Shown: in pieces, positions 62,126-64,000 of the stretch
How positions within the stretch are numbered: position 1 is the stretch's first letter
Layout of the letters: every line of letters starts with the position of its first letter
NCBI RefSeq assembly: GCF_004010195.1
Contig: NC_057718.1
Coordinates: 71,293,715-71,357,714, forward strand
Source of the DNA: Chiloscyllium plagiosum
Lineage: Eukaryota
Direction of reading: 5' to 3'
DNA length: 64,000 bases
Made by a program: the position numbers and the translations under genes
Notes under the pieces: model-generated
What the model was told of the DNA's origin: nothing
The model's database searches: none
Seen by the model: only the letters and a program-made list of their open reading frames with translations

Positions 62126-62681
62126 GGTTTACATCTGCTCCGAAATGTGCATCTCTAAAGCACATTTCTGCCCCAGAATTATAAATGTAAGTAAATTGAA
62201 ACAACATTGTCTCCTTGTTTATAGAATAATCCTGACTTGTAGTCTGAAGGTAACTGGTGATTTGGTTGCACAAATACAAGCAGCCCAAATGTTTCTTTGT
62301 GTGTTCAGTCTGTGGGCATTGCTGGCCTAAATTAACTGCAGACTCATGGATATAATTGCCAAGCTCTGAACTCTTAACCAGTGGTTGGCCCACTGCCATA
62401 GCAAAAACTGTGTAACAGTAATCATCATTGAATCCTGATCTGGTGTCTCAGAAGACCAATATGGCACTCGTAAGACTAGAGGAAGTTTATCCATATTCTG
62501 CATTTTAACTGGAAATGTAAAGTCTTGAAGTTATGTTGTTTACTTTTGAACCTTTTTAAACTTAAGATCTGATGTTTCCAATTATTGTTTTGGCAGAGTT
62601 AACTACATTTTGTATTAACGAACATAATTTAGCTTGATTTTTGAGTCAATTACATTGAGTTTGAAATCTTTTGGGTCTTAG

Positions 62682-62808
62682 GAATGACTAAAAGAATAAT
62701 TAATGCAAAGATTGCATGTTTGGACTTCAGCCTGCAGAAGACAAAAATGAAGTTGGGTGTTCAAGTTGTCATCTCAGACCCAGAAAAATTGGACCAGATT
62801 AGACAAAG
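62682..62808 (+). CDS. TCP1: TCP1 exon 7 (gene continues beyond the window)
   Basis: TCTTAG| (G)MTKRIINAKIACLDFSLQKTKMKLGVQVVISDPEKLDQIRQ(R) |GTACTG; phases agree with exon 6. Confidence 0.97.
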
Positions 62809-64000
62809 GTACTGTTGATTTGAAGCCGGAGACGGGGTGAACCATTTTTTTACTATAATTTTGTTATTCAAGTGAGTACTGAGATGCTTGACTTTTAAAT
62901 TGAATTTTTAAAATCATCTTGAGATTGCAATTGGGAGTTTTCAGACATTTCTTTTGTAAATGGAATTGAGGGATTATCTGTCTTCTCCCCTCAGCCTCTT
63001 TTTCTATTTGTCTGAGACTGGACACCTGTGACCATTTATTTAAAAATTGCTGAATACTAACAAAAGGAAAATTGGGTGGTTACTTCCCTTGACATGCTTC
63101 TCTGCTACCCTGTCAAATCTGCCAAAGAGAAACATTTGGACTCTTCTGTCCTTGCAGACACTGTCGTTCTTTTCTGTCAAGTGTTTAGAATGTCTCCATT
63201 TCTCTTGGAATTCTGTTTTGAACCTCCTCCATTTCTGCCTGCTGTCCAAGCATCATAGCAGCCCTGATCAAAGACACTTTAGTCCTTTGTGACTTTGTTT
63301 AATGAAATTACCCCTGTTTATTCTGGTGGAGCTGTTGTTCACGCTGATACGCTGGCTATACCATTCTGGAATGCCTCTCCTCCTTTGGCCAGCTGAGTGG
63401 TCTTGCTCCTGTATAAGTGGCTATAGCCAGCAAGACTCTGGCATGACTTCTCTTCCTGCTCCTGATTTTTTTTTAGGCCCCAAGTTCAATCTGTTTCACA
63501 TTTACATGGTGCCCCTTAGAAAATTCAGGAAGAGCAGTCTGGTCTCAAGCTTTACCGTGCCATCACCATCTCCACTGTCTCTAGTTTGTTGTGTCAACAT
63601 CCAATATTAGATGGACAGAAGTTTACTCTAGTAGAGAAATAAAATAATTATCTTAGCCATGCCACAAACTTTGTTCCTTTGCCACTGACTCCATCCCAGT
63701 CTCTTGTATAGGGCTAAATTTGAAGATTTGCAACATAGACATTTTTGGATTACAACTTGTGATTCTGAACTGATTTTCTGGCCCATATCCTCCTCCATGC
63801 CAGAAGTGCCATATCCTCTGTCATTTCCTTTCTCTGCCCATAGTGGCAGACATTTTAAGAAGTTCAGAATACAGAAAGATGCACTCCAAAGAGAGAGAAG
63901 TATCAACCATCCATGGTTAACTAAAAAAGTTCAAAATAGTATCAAAATTGATTATTAAGAAAAGCATATAATATAAAAACCAACAAAGATTAATAAAGGA

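Noticed and set aside
63040..63958. Short ORFs after exon 7 as a possible TCP1 exon 8
   Set aside because: No CCT-alpha continuation (ESDITKERI-like) in any frame; exon 8 lies beyond the window.

Overview
Eukaryotic, repeat-dense genomic DNA, most likely from a shark (HE1/V-SINEs with (TAATC)n tails, CR1/HER1 LINEs, Penelope fragments). The only host gene I can support is TCP1 (CCT-alpha chaperonin) on the + strand: coding exons 1-7 from 35604 to 62808, continuing past the window end. Its intron 5 has U12 (minor spliceosome) signals, and intron 4 holds a well-formed H/ACA snoRNA candidate. The upstream 35 kb is mostly nested mobile DNA: a Gmr1-type Gypsy element (integrase before RT; 9508-15432), a young gamma/epsilon-like endogenous retrovirus (23953-29913) that has lost most of pol but keeps an almost intact env, an orphan retroviral RNase H fragment inside a composite insertion, and a TA-flanked MITE. 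Several Penelope-derived fold-back elements carry hammerhead-ribozyme cores. A full-length 5.5 kb L1 with target-site duplications and a 5' YY1 site lies antisense in TCP1 intron 6. All calls come from reading the sequence by eye; no database searches were run, and boundaries of old repeats are approximate.
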